The notes below the pieces were generated by a model that was given only the letters and a program-made list of their open reading frames with translations, was not told the DNA's origin and did not search any database. Shown here piece after piece: positions 24,285-36,900 of a stretch of DNA of 64,000 nucleotides; the stretch's first letter is position 1, and each line of letters starts with the position of its first letter. Origin of the DNA: Felis catus (Eukaryota); the NCBI RefSeq assembly GCF_018350175.1, contig NC_058382.1:60824001-60888000 (forward strand), written 5' to 3'. The position numbers and the translations under genes were made by a program.

Positions 24285-24665
24285 GTAACTGAGAAGCGGG
24301 CACGGTCCAGACGGTGGAACGTGACTCAGCCGGGGAAAGGAATGTGGGCCCCATTCATGCCACACGCGGGTGGGTCACCAAACCGTCGTGCTGCGTGACA
24401 GCCGCACACAGAGCTTCCTGTCACAGGGTCCTGCTTATGCGAATTGTCCAGAAGAGGCAGGTGGGTGGCTGCGGGAGGCCGGGGCAGGGGGCAGGGGGCC
24501 CCGCTAAGCCACACAGAGCGTCTAATGGAGGGATGGAAATGTTCTAGAATTAGGAGGTGCGGGTGGCTGCGCAGCTCTGCAAATGTGCTAAAAACCACCG
24601 GCTCGTACACGTCCAGCAGGTAAATCATACGCTCTGTGACTTGTCTCAAGAAAGCTGTATTAGAA
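24285..24665 (+). mobile_element. L1MB-like 3'UTR fragment
   Basis: GATGGAAATGTTCTAGAATTAGG...GGTGGCTGC...GTGCTAAAAACCAC...TCTCAAGAAAGCTG is the typical L1MB 3' end. Confidence 0.75.
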
Positions 24666-26169
24666 TCCAAGCAGACCCAGGACCAAAGCACCTCTGAGCC
24701 TCAGCACCACCCCCCTGCCCAAGGGCACAGGCCGCGTATCGGTGGGGCTCCGGCAGGACAGTTCGGGGCGCAGGGAGCCCCAGAAGCCGCAGCGGGAGGG
24801 AGCCCGTTGGGAGGGAAGGCTCCGGAACAGGCCGTGTGGGGAAGAAGACCTAAAATAATTCTAAGAACCTGAAACCCCCGGGGAGAAGTGGGGGGTGGTG
24901 CGGTTGCCTCGAATGGGGAACTCCTCGTGGAGGGAAGGAGAAGTCTTATCTCGGGGGGCGGGGGATGCCAAGCAGGGGAGGGCAGGGGCGGCGGGGGGGG
25001 AGGGCAAGACTCCCACGCAGACATGCTCTGGTTCAAGGGCCCTCGGGTGCCATGTGCCTGTGCGATTGCGGAGGGGGAGAAATTCCCGTTCTCCTGATGG
25101 GGAGACTGAGGCTGGTGTGTGAGCACGAGCTCCAGCGAATCCGGGTCCGAGTTCTGCCGCCCCCACCGTAGACCACGAGCCCACCGACTCCCCTCCGAGC
25201 ACCTACCCCGGCCGGGTCGTGCCAGGCACCATTCACGGCTGGGGATCGGGGGAACGGGGTGAAAGCATCCTCATGGCCCTGGTTCCAGCAGACATGAGCG
25301 GGCCCACCCCCCCTTTCCGCTGGTAAAGGGGTTTGGTCACTTGAAGTCACTGTGGGGCAGGCTCTGTGCCCGGAGCCAAGGGCACTGACCTGTGGGACCA
25401 AAACGGCCCTGCTCTCACAGATGTGACTGGACCATTACACGAATAGCAGCTGTGACCACTGATGGGCCTTGGCGAACGGGGGCGCCTCTCCATCGCGGGC
25501 GCACAGTTAGGGCCAGACTGGCACGGAAAGCCAGGCCTGGGAAAAGTGTGGGGCCCCTGGGGCCCCGGGGTGGCTGGCGGCTCTCACGGGGGCCTGGCGG
25601 TCTGGGATGGGCGGTGAGGACAGGGCGTGCTGTTCCCCTTAAGCTCAGGCACAGGAGACAATGTTCTAGAAGTAAATTAGCAGGATGCTGTGATTGTCAG
25701 AGAGGCGGGGGGAGCCAGACGGAGGGAAGCCAGGCGAAGGGGAGAGAATCAGGAGAGAAGGGTCCCAGAGAAGCTTGCAAAATGGAGAGAACTCGGGGAA
25801 AGGGAAGCCCCGGGAGGAGGGGCGGCTCTTTGTTTAAAAGTTCCAAGGAGGACAGGTCTGTTGTCCCCTCCAACGATGTTCAGTAGAAGCCTTCGGGGAT
25901 AAGAGGAGACCCTTTGGGGATGAGCCCGGGCCCCGGGTCACTGCTCCCGCCGCCTTTGCCCCCCAGAGGCCCTTCAGACACAAGTGGTATTACAACGATG
26001 TCTCGGCATGGGCGCCGAGGGCAGTGTGGTCTTTCCCCGTCCTCCAGGGTCCTGAGGACGGCCAGTGGCGGAATGCTCACGGGGCCACCTGCTGTACTGA
26101 CCTGGTGGAGCCACAGCCAGGTCAGGTGGGGCCCCGTGTGCGGAGGCCGCTTGCAGACAGCAGAGAAAA

Positions 26170-26578
26170 TGTGAAATTAGAAGTCAGAAAGTCCTGGTTT
26201 GGGAAGGAGCCTCGGAGACACGGACAGGAGCCCTGTCGTGGTGGAAAGAGCAGTCTGCTGAGTGAGGCTTCTACAAAAGCCCCCGTTTTCCTTAGGAAAA
26301 GGGGCTGGCCCAGTTTTCTTCTCTCTTCCTCTTTCTTCCTTCTCGGAAGGCAGATGCGATGCCTGGAGGTGGCGCAGCCACTTTGCAGCCCGGAAGCCAC
26401 AAGTACGTGGAGGGTAGAATCCCGAGCAAAAAAGCCTCCGTCCCAGATGGCGGCATTTCGTTACAGCCGGAGCCGCTCGCCTCTGGGCTCTCGTCACCGG
26501 GACAGAAACAAACATCCTGGTCTCTACTCCTGTTAGGTTTTCTGCCATTTGCAGCTGCACACGATCCTACTGGACATA
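26170..26578 (+). mobile_element. MaLR LTR (MLT1J/K-like) fragment
   Basis: GATGCGATGCCTGGAGGTGGCGCAGCCACTTTGCAGCC ... GTTTTCTGCCATTTGCAGCTGCACAC. Confidence 0.6.
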
Positions 26579-26598
26579 GGGTTCAAGTCCTGTATGGA

Positions 26599-26747
26599 CA
26601 GGGTTGCCAGATGTAGGAAATAAAAACCCAGGATGCCCAGTTAGATTTGGATTTCAGATTAATGATGAATAATTTTTAGTATAAACGTATCCCAGCCAAT
26701 ATTGGGGACATGCTTATATTCAGCTGTTTATCTGAAATGTGACTTTT
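26599..26747 (+). mobile_element. MER53 hAT MITE (partial palindrome)
   Basis: CAGGGTTGCCAGAT...AAATAAAAACCCAGGATGCCCAGTTAGATTTGGATTTCAGAT...TTTTTAGTATAA matches the recalled MER53 consensus. Confidence 0.8.
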
Positions 26748-26748
26748 A

Positions 26749-26950
26749 GGGGCACCGGGGTGGCTCAGTCGGTTCAGCGTCTGACTTCAGCTGAGGTCAT
26801 GTTCTCACGGTTCTTGAGTTCGGGCCCCGCGTCGGGCTCTGTGCTGACAGCTCGGAGCCTGGGGCTGCTTCGGATTCTGTGTCTCCCCGTCTCTCGGCCA
26901 CTCCCCTGCTCACGCGCTCTCTCTCAACAATAAACATTAAAACATTTATT
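26749..26950 (+). mobile_element. CAN-SINE (SINEC_Fc type)
   Basis: GGGGCACCGGGGTGGCTCAGTCGGTT head; TSD GAAA(TG/CT)TGACTTTT at 26734-26747 and 26951-26964. Confidence 0.93.
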
Positions 26951-28132
26951 GAAACTTGACTTTTCACTTCAGCTCTATCCACGGATGAAGCAAAGGAAGA
27001 CAAGGTTGGGATCCATGGCGCGAGTGGTTTGAGATCTTGTGAGTAGGTGCAGGGGTGTAGCCTGCTGTCCTCTTGTGTCTGGGGCCTCCCTTGTTTCCTT
27101 CTGCCCCAGGGTCTCTAGCACTTTCTTAGACCTGCCATAACAGATGTGCAAAGAAGACTCGGAAAAGCCACACGACTCATGGCCGAAGACAGAGACGTGC
27201 AGGAAGGAGGGTGAGTGGTGGAAGGTTCCCAGATTTGACATTCTAATTGCACTTGACCAAAGTATCAGTCATCCACGGATTGCAGGGGCGGCTGACCCCC
27301 AGGGGTCGTGTGTGACCCAGGACTTGAAGGCAAGCGGGTCTCGAGCTCGCTCTGTTTGCCGGGGCCAGCGGAAGCACCGTGCCGCGAAGGTTGCCGAAGC
27401 CTGGTCCGCGCTCGGTGGGAAGGAACTGGAGAGGCCAGCCTCGCCCGTCACAAGCCCTGGAAGGGCTCCCGGGCCCTGGGGCAGCGGGCTGTAGCCCGGG
27501 CCAGTCAGTGGAGCCCAGAGTCTGAGAGGTTCTTGGGAACCACATTTCTAAGAGTGGCATTTGCTGAGCCCCGCGGAGCGCCTGCACACTCAGGGTCTCC
27601 CTTGGCCCCGGGGGCACTCTGCACGCCCCCAGCACAGAAGCCGGTGTGACAACGGGAGGACGTCCCTAGTGCCCCGTGCCCGTGGTGGGGGTCACGGCAC
27701 CAACTCCCTGCCCAATTTCTGCACACGGACGTGGCTTGCATTGACTTGCTCTGAAGGTGAAGTCTGGGGCACACCCCCCACGTCACAAATCTGTGCCCTG
27801 TGTGGTCTGCAGAGGAGACAAGGAAAGGGGGCCACGGTGCCCCTTCTCGGCTCCAAGCCCCCAGGCAGAGACGCTGGGGGCCGGCTCCCCCCACAGCAAG
27901 CCTGGAGGTGAGGCCAGGTGAGGGGAAGGGAGAGAGTGCCACCCTAGGCCCTAGAAGCAGGGCTGGGACACAGGGTGCCCCGAGCAAGGCCATTAACGAG
28001 TTTCCAAGGTCTGCGGCTGCTGCGGGACAGGCACTGTGGGAGTCAACAGGACCCTGAGGCCTGGATTCAGGGCCCATCCTCGGCCTCGGTTTTATGTTTC
28101 CTTTAAAGAAAATTAAGATTATTAAAAAAAAA

Positions 28133-28345
28133 TTTTTTTTTTAACATTTATTCATTTTTGAGAGACAGAGACACAGATCTCGAGCAGGGGAGGGGCAGAG
28201 AGAGAGGGAGACACAGAATCCGAAGCAGGCTCCAGGCTCCGAGCTGTCAGCACAGAGCCCGACGCGGGGCTCGAACTCACAGACCACGAGATCATGACCT
28301 GAGCCGAAGTCGGACGCTCAACCGACGGAGTCCCCCAGGCGCCCC
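28133..28345 (-). mobile_element. CAN-SINE (SINEC_Fc type)
   Basis: Near-consensus body, T tail, ends CAGGCGCCCC; flanking AAGATT. Confidence 0.95.
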
Positions 28346-28351
28346 AAGATT

Positions 28352-28670
28352 GTTTTTATTGCGGTAAAAGACACAGAACAGAAAGTTGCCCATTTTAACC
28401 ATTTTGAAATGAACGATTCAGCGGCCGCGAGCGTCCTGACAGTGTGGCCGCCACCGTGTCTAGCTTCAGGACGCTTTCGTCCCCACAGGAGGGACCCGTT
28501 CCCATCAGCTGGCATCTTGCTCCCCCCCCCCGCCCCCGCCCCAGCAACGGGAACCCACTTCCCGTCTCTCTGGGTTTGCTGTGCCCGTGTCATGTGCATG
28601 GAATCGCTCGGCGTGAGGCCTTTGTGTCTGGTTCCTCGCGCTCGGTGTCACGTTCCCAGGGTCCATCCGA
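28352..28670 (-). mobile_element. L1MB-like 3' end
   Basis: TTTTTATTGCGGTAAAAGACACAGAACAGAAAGTTGCCCATTTTAACCATTTT is the antisense L1MB terminus. Confidence 0.8.
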
Positions 28671-29767
28671 GCCCCTGACGCTCAGCCGTCCGGGACCCTC
28701 TCTCGGCTGGTGCTTCTTGAGCACCCGGTTGCCAGGCACGGTTCTGACCCTGGCGAGAGCTGCCTGCTCGGAATCCCAGGTGGCAGCGGCTCGGCCTGGC
28801 GCAGGCAGGGATAGGCAGGGAGGCACAGGTCCGGGTTCGAGGCCGGGCCCGGCCACAGAAGTTGGGAGGCTTCTCATCTCTCCGACCTCCCGTCTCCTCA
28901 CTCGCAGTGGGGATGCTGTGGCTGGAGGGCCGTTGGCCTGCAGGGGTCTCCCAGAAAGAAGATCGATTGGACTTCCGGGGAAAAGAAACGGAGAATCTTC
29001 CGGCCCCCAAGCCCTGCCCTGTGCAACAGGGCCTCCAGCGGGGGTCTTTAAAACCCACACGCACGCGAGGCGACTTTCCAGGTTTGTGGACAAGATAGCT
29101 AAGTGGAATCCGTGAGGTCCTCAAGTTCCACTTTGTTTCGGCAAAAACTTGGGCCTGTGGTCTGCACGTTGTCCTGTGTCACCTCACCTTTCCTGAGCTC
29201 CTTCTCCTGATTACGTGGTCACACCTCACACCACCCCCCCTGCAGCCTGAGTCCAACCACACGGCTTCGCCTCGGGGCATAAAAACCCAGCGAGGCTCCC
29301 TGCTCCCTACCTTCCTCTGGTGGCAATGGCTGTCACAGCCGTGCGTAAAGGCAATAGGGTGACCTCAGTCCTCTGGGACTGAGCCAGGTTGTCAAGGGTC
29401 AGTGGCCCTGAGGGGACGTGCCTTTGCTGACTTTCTACTTAGGTCCCTTGGATCCCGGACTCTAAGTTAGGTGTTAACCTGTAGGCAGTTGACAAGTTGC
29501 AAACTATTTTTGCTTTGGTAGAAAAGATTGTGCTTTATACTGAGTCTGGTGTGGTGTCTTCTGTGACATTCTTGTCTCGTGGGATTTAAAACTGCCCATG
29601 TTCCCCCTTGAGTCCTCTTTGCCATCCTGCTGGACACACCTTTGACGCATCTTGTCCTGCTGGACGCATGCTTGCTGTATGTTCATATAAGAATTGTTTT
29701 TAACTTTTTGAAAGGTATACTTTGTACTTTCCTTCCTGCCTTCCTACTTTCTTCCTTTTCCATTCAA

Positions 29768-30924
29768 CATCCATCCACCCACCCATCCACCATCCATCCA
29801 TCCAGTATCTATCCATCCACTTATCTATCCATGCACACACCCATCCACCCACCCATCCATCCTTCCACATATTCATCTATCCCCCCATCCACCAATGCAT
29901 CTACCTATCCATCCATCCACTCACCTATCCATCCATCCACCTATCCATCCACTATCCATCCATCCATCCATCCATCCATCCATTCATCCATCCATCCACC
30001 CACCCATCCATCTGTCCATCCATCCATTTGTCCATCCATCCACCCATCCATCCATTTGTCCATCCATCCAACCATCCATCCATCCATCCATCCATCCATC
30101 CATCCATCCATCAATTCACTCACTATCCATCCACCCATCCATCCAACTATCCATCCTTCCATCCATCCATCCACTCATCCATCCACTCATCCATTCATCC
30201 ATCCATCCACTGTCCATCCACCCATCCATCAGTCTATCCATTCACTGTCCATCCATCCATCCATCCATCCATCCACTCATCGATCCATCCATCCACTCAT
30301 CCATTCGTCCACTCATCCATCCATCCATCCATCCATCCACCCATCCATCCATCCACTCATCCATCCATCCACTCATCCATCCATCCACCCATCCATCCAT
30401 CTATCCATTCACTCTCTGTCCATCCATCCATCCATCCACCTACCCAACCATCCATCAATTCACCCACTATCCATCCACCCATCCATCCATCCATCTATCC
30501 TTTCACTGTCTGTCCATTCATCCATCCATCCATCCATCCATCCATCCACCCATCCATTCATCCACTCATCCATCCATCCATCCATCCATCCATCCATCCA
30601 TCTACTCACTCATCCATCCATCCACTCATCCATCCATCCATCCATCCACCCATCCATTCATCCACTCATCCATCCATCCATCCATCCATCCATCCATCCA
30701 TCCATCCACCCATCCATTCATCCACTCATCCATCCATCCACTCATCCATCCATCCATCCATCCATCCATCCACCCATCCATCCATCCACTCATCCATCCA
30801 TCCACTCATCCATCCATCCATCCATCCATCCATCCATCCATCCACTCATCCATCCATCCACTCATCCATCCATCCATCCATCCTTCCATCCACCCACCCA
30901 TCCATCCACTCATCCATCTATCCA
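29768..30924 (+). repeat. (TCCA)n degenerate microsatellite, ~1.15 kb
   Basis: Read directly; source of the IHPS-repeat ORFs. Confidence 0.98.
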
Positions 30925-33900
30925 GCTGCCCATTTATATCAGAATTGGAGTTCCAAAGTGAGACAGTTGGATCATTTAATACCATGCTTGTTTGAAATAA
31001 AAGCTGACAAATATTAGTCTGGGTGGAGTGGTCCCCAGCCCTGCCAATCTGCTTTTGTGGTGACATTTCCACTAATTGAGTGAGGTAAACCTGCAGCTTC
31101 TCAGTTTTCATGGAAATAGGTCCCAAGCACGTGTTCAGCATGAAATGTGCGGTGAGGTGGACAACATGACTTTTGATTGTTGAACCAACCGGCATGTTGG
31201 CACCATCGTGAAGGGGCCTGCGTCGGCTCATTAGTTCGGAAGGGTGTTCTTGGTGCAGTGCCCCCCAAAGGCCCCCGTCTCGCCTCTGCCACATTGTTGT
31301 GTTTCCTGCTGAGTGGGCTGCATGCCTACAGAGCAGAGAATGTGCAGAACAGTCGTGTGCCCTCCGTGTGCGCTCACGAACGTGGATCTCTCACGTGTGT
31401 GCGTGAGGCTGGGGAGCAGGTGCTAAGACCACGCTTCTCACAACCCCATGGCCAGGCTGTGGGATGCGGCTAGCCGTCACCTTTGCAAGCCTCTCGAGTG
31501 GCCACGAGGCCACGGTCATCCCCCCAAACAGAAGCAACCCAAGGGCCCTATGTGACCGAGCTGGGTAAGGTGGCTTTGTGAGAAGTATCACGCTGAAGGG
31601 AACTTGTGTTTTCCCAAGACCATTGTAGGAGACAAGCGAGCAGAAACTAATAAGAGACCAAAACACTGACACCCCCTTGGCGTCCAGCGTGGGTCAGGCC
31701 CCTCCGTTACCAAGTGACGCCACGCCGTCTCGGTGCCACGGGGTTCAGCGGGGTGGTCAGCCTGCTTCCTTCGCTGAGCCAGAAGATGAAGGGAAATCAC
31801 TCCCCTGAGAGCTCGGCGCCCAGAAGTGCTTCTCTGACCGCCGCCACCATTTATCACCACACCCCTGCCTCAGGACCCCGGAGCCCGAGCCGGCTGCCCT
31901 GGGGTGTCCACTCCATGGCTGAGTCTCCGGCTCCCCCCGCCTGAGCCGCAGCCCCTTCTCCAGTACAGTGGGCTGGTGTGGGGGGCGCCTGGGGGCTCAG
32001 CCAGCAAACGGGCAGACGCAGAAAGTCCCGCGGGCCCCTTGCTTCTGGCGCCGTGGAGGGTCCGAGGCATCGCCCCACCCCAGCCGCTCAGAACCCCGGT
32101 TCTTGCTTCCTAGAGCCGAGCGGGTCACACGCGGGTCACATCGTCAACGGCCTGCGGATGCCAGCACTTTCCACCAGCTGACTTTCCGGTCACAGGCTTT
32201 CGGCCCCGGGCACGGCGGGTTCACCTGTGTCCTGAGCGGGAGCAGGGGGGCAGCTGCAGGCAGGGGAGGTGTGCCCGGGCGAGAGCCACACCTAGGCGGG
32301 CCACACGGCCTTCTCTGCTCGCGGTTGGACCCCCCCTTCCCGCGGCCTCCCCTGGGCTGACCGCTGAGCCCACATTCACAAAGGATTGGACCGGATTGGC
32401 CGAGGCACCCCGCCCGGCGCTCTGCCTCCGGCCTCGCCTCTCTGGCCGGTGTTGGTTTCCACAAACAGGAAGCGCCCAGGAGCCACGGCCACCAGCGACC
32501 TCCAGAAACATCCACACCACTGTTGGCCACTCCAACCGACCGAAAAGCCTTTATCCACTGGGGCTGGGAGGCTCCCTCCCAGCTCCGCCCTGCAGCCCTG
32601 GGCTACAGATAGCTGCCCACACCCAGGTCGCATCATCGAGGAGGAAAAACTGGGAAAGAATATATAGAACACGATACTTTTATGTAACAACTTAAAATAC
32701 CGAAAATCACAGTGTATCTGGGAAGGACACACAGATAAACTAGTTCCCTGGGTGGGTCCAGCCTCAAGCACTAAGTGCTGATGCGTTATTGGCCCATTCG
32801 ACAGAAGAGGAAGCAGGAAGGTGGTTGGGGTCCAGCAGCTCCGGCCAGACCCCAGCGGGAACGGGTCCTGCCCCGGTAGCCTGGCTTTCAACAGCTCATG
32901 GCTGGGGTGGCAAATCTATAATAATCCATTTTTACAAAGAGAGAAGGTGCAGGGTGCTCGCCTGTCTGCTCCCGGTGATGGGGCCCCTCTGGTGTGTGTA
33001 AATTATTTCAGAGCTCAAATTACAGAGGGGGCCTCAGAGACGAAGGGACCAGATAAGCAGGGAACCGGGGGGGGGGGGGGCGGGAGCTGGCGACGGGTCA
33101 GGCCTGTCCCTCCTCTGTCCGGGGTCTGTGGACGGGGCCGCACGGGACGCATGGGAGATGCCCCGTGTTCTGGAAGCCGGAGGAAAGGGGGACCAAGAAA
33201 GCAGTGAAATTGGCTTTAACGCTATGTTCTGTTAAATCTGACCCACCGGAAACATCCTCCTTTTTACAAATGTTCAAAGTTAAAAGTTATTAAGGTATTT
33301 CGCACCCTGTTTTTGCACCAAGACTGTGAAACCCCGCCAGGGTGGCTGAGGTTGGGCTGGGGGCCGGGGGCTGGGGCCACCTCTGTCTGCTGGGGGTGCA
33401 CTGAGGCTCAGAGGGGCCCCTGTGGCGGGAGGCCCGGTCGTCCTCGTCGCCGGGGCGGAGGGCTGGGCTGCAGCTGCGTCTGGGTGGCCCCAGGGAGCGA
33501 GGGAAGCACCTGGCAGTTTCGGTTTCCGACAGGAAGCTGCCTGCTCCTATCTCCTCGCCCCGGCTGCACCCTCTGCCCCAAAGCTCTGGGTGGCGCCCCG
33601 CCCGGAGAGCCCCAGGTGGGGACAGCCCCTCGCTGGGACGAGGAAGCCTGGCTGAGGGGCCAGGGCCGGGTGCAGCCCCTCTCGGCCTCCTGGGCCTCCC
33701 TGAACTTGGGAGCGCGGTGCCCCCCCGGGGGCCATAAAGGCGGGGAAGGGCTCTGACTTGCACTTTTGTCAGCTGCCTATCACCTGCTTTTAGGATGTTT
33801 GGTCCCAACCTCCGTGTGACTGGGGAACAATGTTTGGTGGTACAGGGGCAGGAATGGGCTTGGCGTCTGTCTGTCTGTCTGTCTGTGTGTCCAGGCCTCG

Positions 33901-36900
33901 CAGAACCGTCCAGACAAGACCTCCTCTGAGGACCCTGGGAAATACTGTGCGGAAAGCAGGGGTGCGGGGCCGCCCTGAGGTGCTGGGGAGGCGAACCACC
34001 ACCTCTGGGTGCTGGGGTCCCGTGCCCTGGGGTGCCCTGCACAGACGGGGGGGGGCGGGAACCTTAGATATTGTGTCCCAGTCGGGGAGCCCAGCTGCGA
34101 GGAGAGGCCAGCGGCCCAGCCCCGGAGCCGAGGGGCCCCTGTCTGAGGCCGAGTCAGGCTGGCCCCGCGGCCTGGGGCCCACACTCACTGCAGTTTGCCG
34201 TGAGGGGCACAGCCAGGTGGGACCATGTGCAAAGGTCCCCCCTGCCCCTCCCGCTGGCCCTTCCTCCCCGACTGCTCCCCCTGGTAGGGTCTGCGAGGTC
34301 GGGGCTTTCCACACACTCAAAATGCACCCCAACTTGGGAGGGAAGGAGGAAGCTCTGGGGGCCGCAGGGCGGGGTCAGCTCCCCAGTTCCTTCTCCACTG
34401 GCCTCTCTGAGCCGCCCCAAGTGGCCTTTGCAGGGAAGGGACTGCAGGGGTTCACGGGCAGGTTCCCGGGAGGCAGTGAGCACCAGGAAGGGGAGCGGGG
34501 AGGCAGGGCTGGACCCAGGGCCGGCCGCCTCACCAGAGCCGTCTCTCAGCAGTCCCCCAGCCCGTCCGAGGTCTGGCCGTCGTCCCCACGTCACAGATGC
34601 GGACGGGCCTGCGGGGTCGTGGGGTCACCACCCCGCTGCCGCACCGCTGAGCGCACAGAGTCCGGGAAGCCAGGCCGCGCAGAGCAGGGCACAGACCCCT
34701 GCCCACACCTCGTCCTCGGAGCGGCCTCCTCTGAACTGTCCCATCCCCCTCCTGGGCCTCCTCGCAAAGGCGATCCCTCCTCGAGGTGTCTGTGAGGCCC
34801 CTCAGGCCCAGGGGAGGGCCCGGGCGCCAGGGCCAGGCCCCCGGGGCCGAGGGTCTTTAGGGTAAGGACTGAGAGAGAGCTGCCCGGACTTCGAGGGTCG
34901 TGCTGCGCCCGGGCCCCTCTCTGCCACCTGCCCGCGTGTTCAGACCTACAAGTTCCTCTGTGCCTTTTGTCCCTGCGTCCCCTCAAGGCTTCGCGCCCCA
35001 CAGTGCTTCCTCTCCGACAGACCCCTGTCCACACCCGCCCCCTCTGGGAGCCACACCGGAGGTCCACACCCGTCTTAAGCCCCCAGCGGCAGGGAGCGTC
35101 AGAAACGACACTTCGGCGTCCGGTGTTCTGGTGGGCAGCGGTAGGCCGGGCCGAGGCCAGCCCTCTTGCGCTCCCCAAAGGTTTCACAGCGGCAGCAGCA
35201 GCAGAGGGGGCTTCGCTGGGGGGCCCCGGGCCGGGCAGACAGCTCGGCCCCACATCAGCTGGTGCTCGTGTGATCCAGGTGCCAGCTGTGGGGCGTCAGG
35301 CAGCACCTGCCTCGGGCTCCGTAGCGTGGGCCACCCAGACCCCACCGCAGGCTCTGAGAGGGTCTGGCCGGGGGTGGGGGGCTGCTGAGTGGATCCGCGC
35401 CCCTGGGCGGCGGATGCCGGGGGATCCCTTTCCTGAGGTCCCCGTCGGGGAGCGCCTGCCGGGGACGTGCTGTGTGACCCGGGGCGGGTTTTCTGACCTC
35501 TCTGATTTGTGTCCTCACCTTACAGTCAGGCCGACGGTGCCTTGCAGGCCGGCCGAGGGAAGCCGCACCCCGGGCCAGGAAGGAGACTGGGCTGGATTTG
35601 CCCCCCCTGCCCCCTCTACCCCGTCCCCTCCCACAGCCCGGGGAACAATAGCTTCCATGTCCCTGTTCGCAGGGCTGCCTGCCGCCTGGGAGACCGTCAG
35701 CGATGCCCCCGGCACCGTGTCCCCCTGGGGAGGCTGCGCTGGCCTGGGGGGCAGGTGCACCCCTCTCCTCCACCGTGCCGCCTGGACCCTCGCACCAGGG
35801 GCAGAGGGGGCCGCACCCGAGGAGGGGTCTGCCCACGTTCTCTCAGACGCCAGTCCCAGTTGGTGAGCCCAAAGGGGGCCACACCTGATTCCTCCTGACC
35901 CACCAGCTCTGTAGCTGGGGAGGGGGTCTGCACGCACCGAGGCCCCTGACCGGGGCCCTGGGCCCTGGGCCCTGTGGCTCCCGCTGCCCGGTACTATCCA
36001 CACCGAGGCTCCTCAGGCTGTGAGAGAGGGGACCCCAGCTGTCCCAGGGACACCCTCTGGCTAGGAGAGGCCATCAGGGTCGAGCAGGGACCACCACGTC
36101 CTTGTCCTCGCCGCCTGGGAGGGAGCTGAGGCCCATGTGGACAGGCTTCCGGCAGATTCCATCGCTAGTCTCCAGGCCCACCTCGGCCTCAACTCCAGGT
36201 GCTGAGCTGGCCCCCAAATCTGGAGGGCTTGACCTCGCCAGGCTGGGGACTGGAGGCGGACACAGCCTAGGGGGACTCAGGTGGGTCCCAGAAGCCCTCC
36301 GTGGCCTCAGCCAAAGCAGGAGCCCTGTCTGTGGGCCAGCCCTTATGCCGCCCTCCGTGCAGATCACCTGCCGGCCACCTTGGGAAGGAGGGGGAGGGGC
36401 AGGGCCTCACCCGGGGTCACTTGGGGGGGCCAAGTGACCCGTCCAGAGCCTACCATCTCCAGGAGGCCTGGCCGCCAGGTGCCCCCAGCAACCGGCCACG
36501 GGGACCCCCTGCAAGGGAGGGTGCCCTCCGGGTCCGTCTCTGAACACTGCCCCTTAGGGGCCGAAGGGTCAGCGCCCAGGTCCGGCTCCAGCCCCTGGCC
36601 CCGCCCGCTGACCCCAGGCAGCTCACCCTCTGCCTCTGGGCCTCAGTTCCTTGTCGGACAGACCTACGTGCCCCTCAGCCCCCCTCAGCCCCCGTGGCGG
36701 CGTCAGCAGGCACACACCGTGCGGGGGACGGTCGTCTCCTCCGGGCGTAGGATGCACCCACTCCCGTCAAGGGCCGAGCACCCGTGAGCCGGCACCGCCG
36801 CGGGCACCAAGGGGATGGCAGCGGGCAGGGGGCAGAGGCAGCGGCCCCGTGCCAGCGGGGCGCCATGACAAGTGAATGTGGGGACCCGCCAGACACCTCG

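Noticed and set aside
29642..31017. 366-439 aa IHPS-repeat ORFs (also 44806-45948)
   Set aside because: Translations of (TCCA)n microsatellites.
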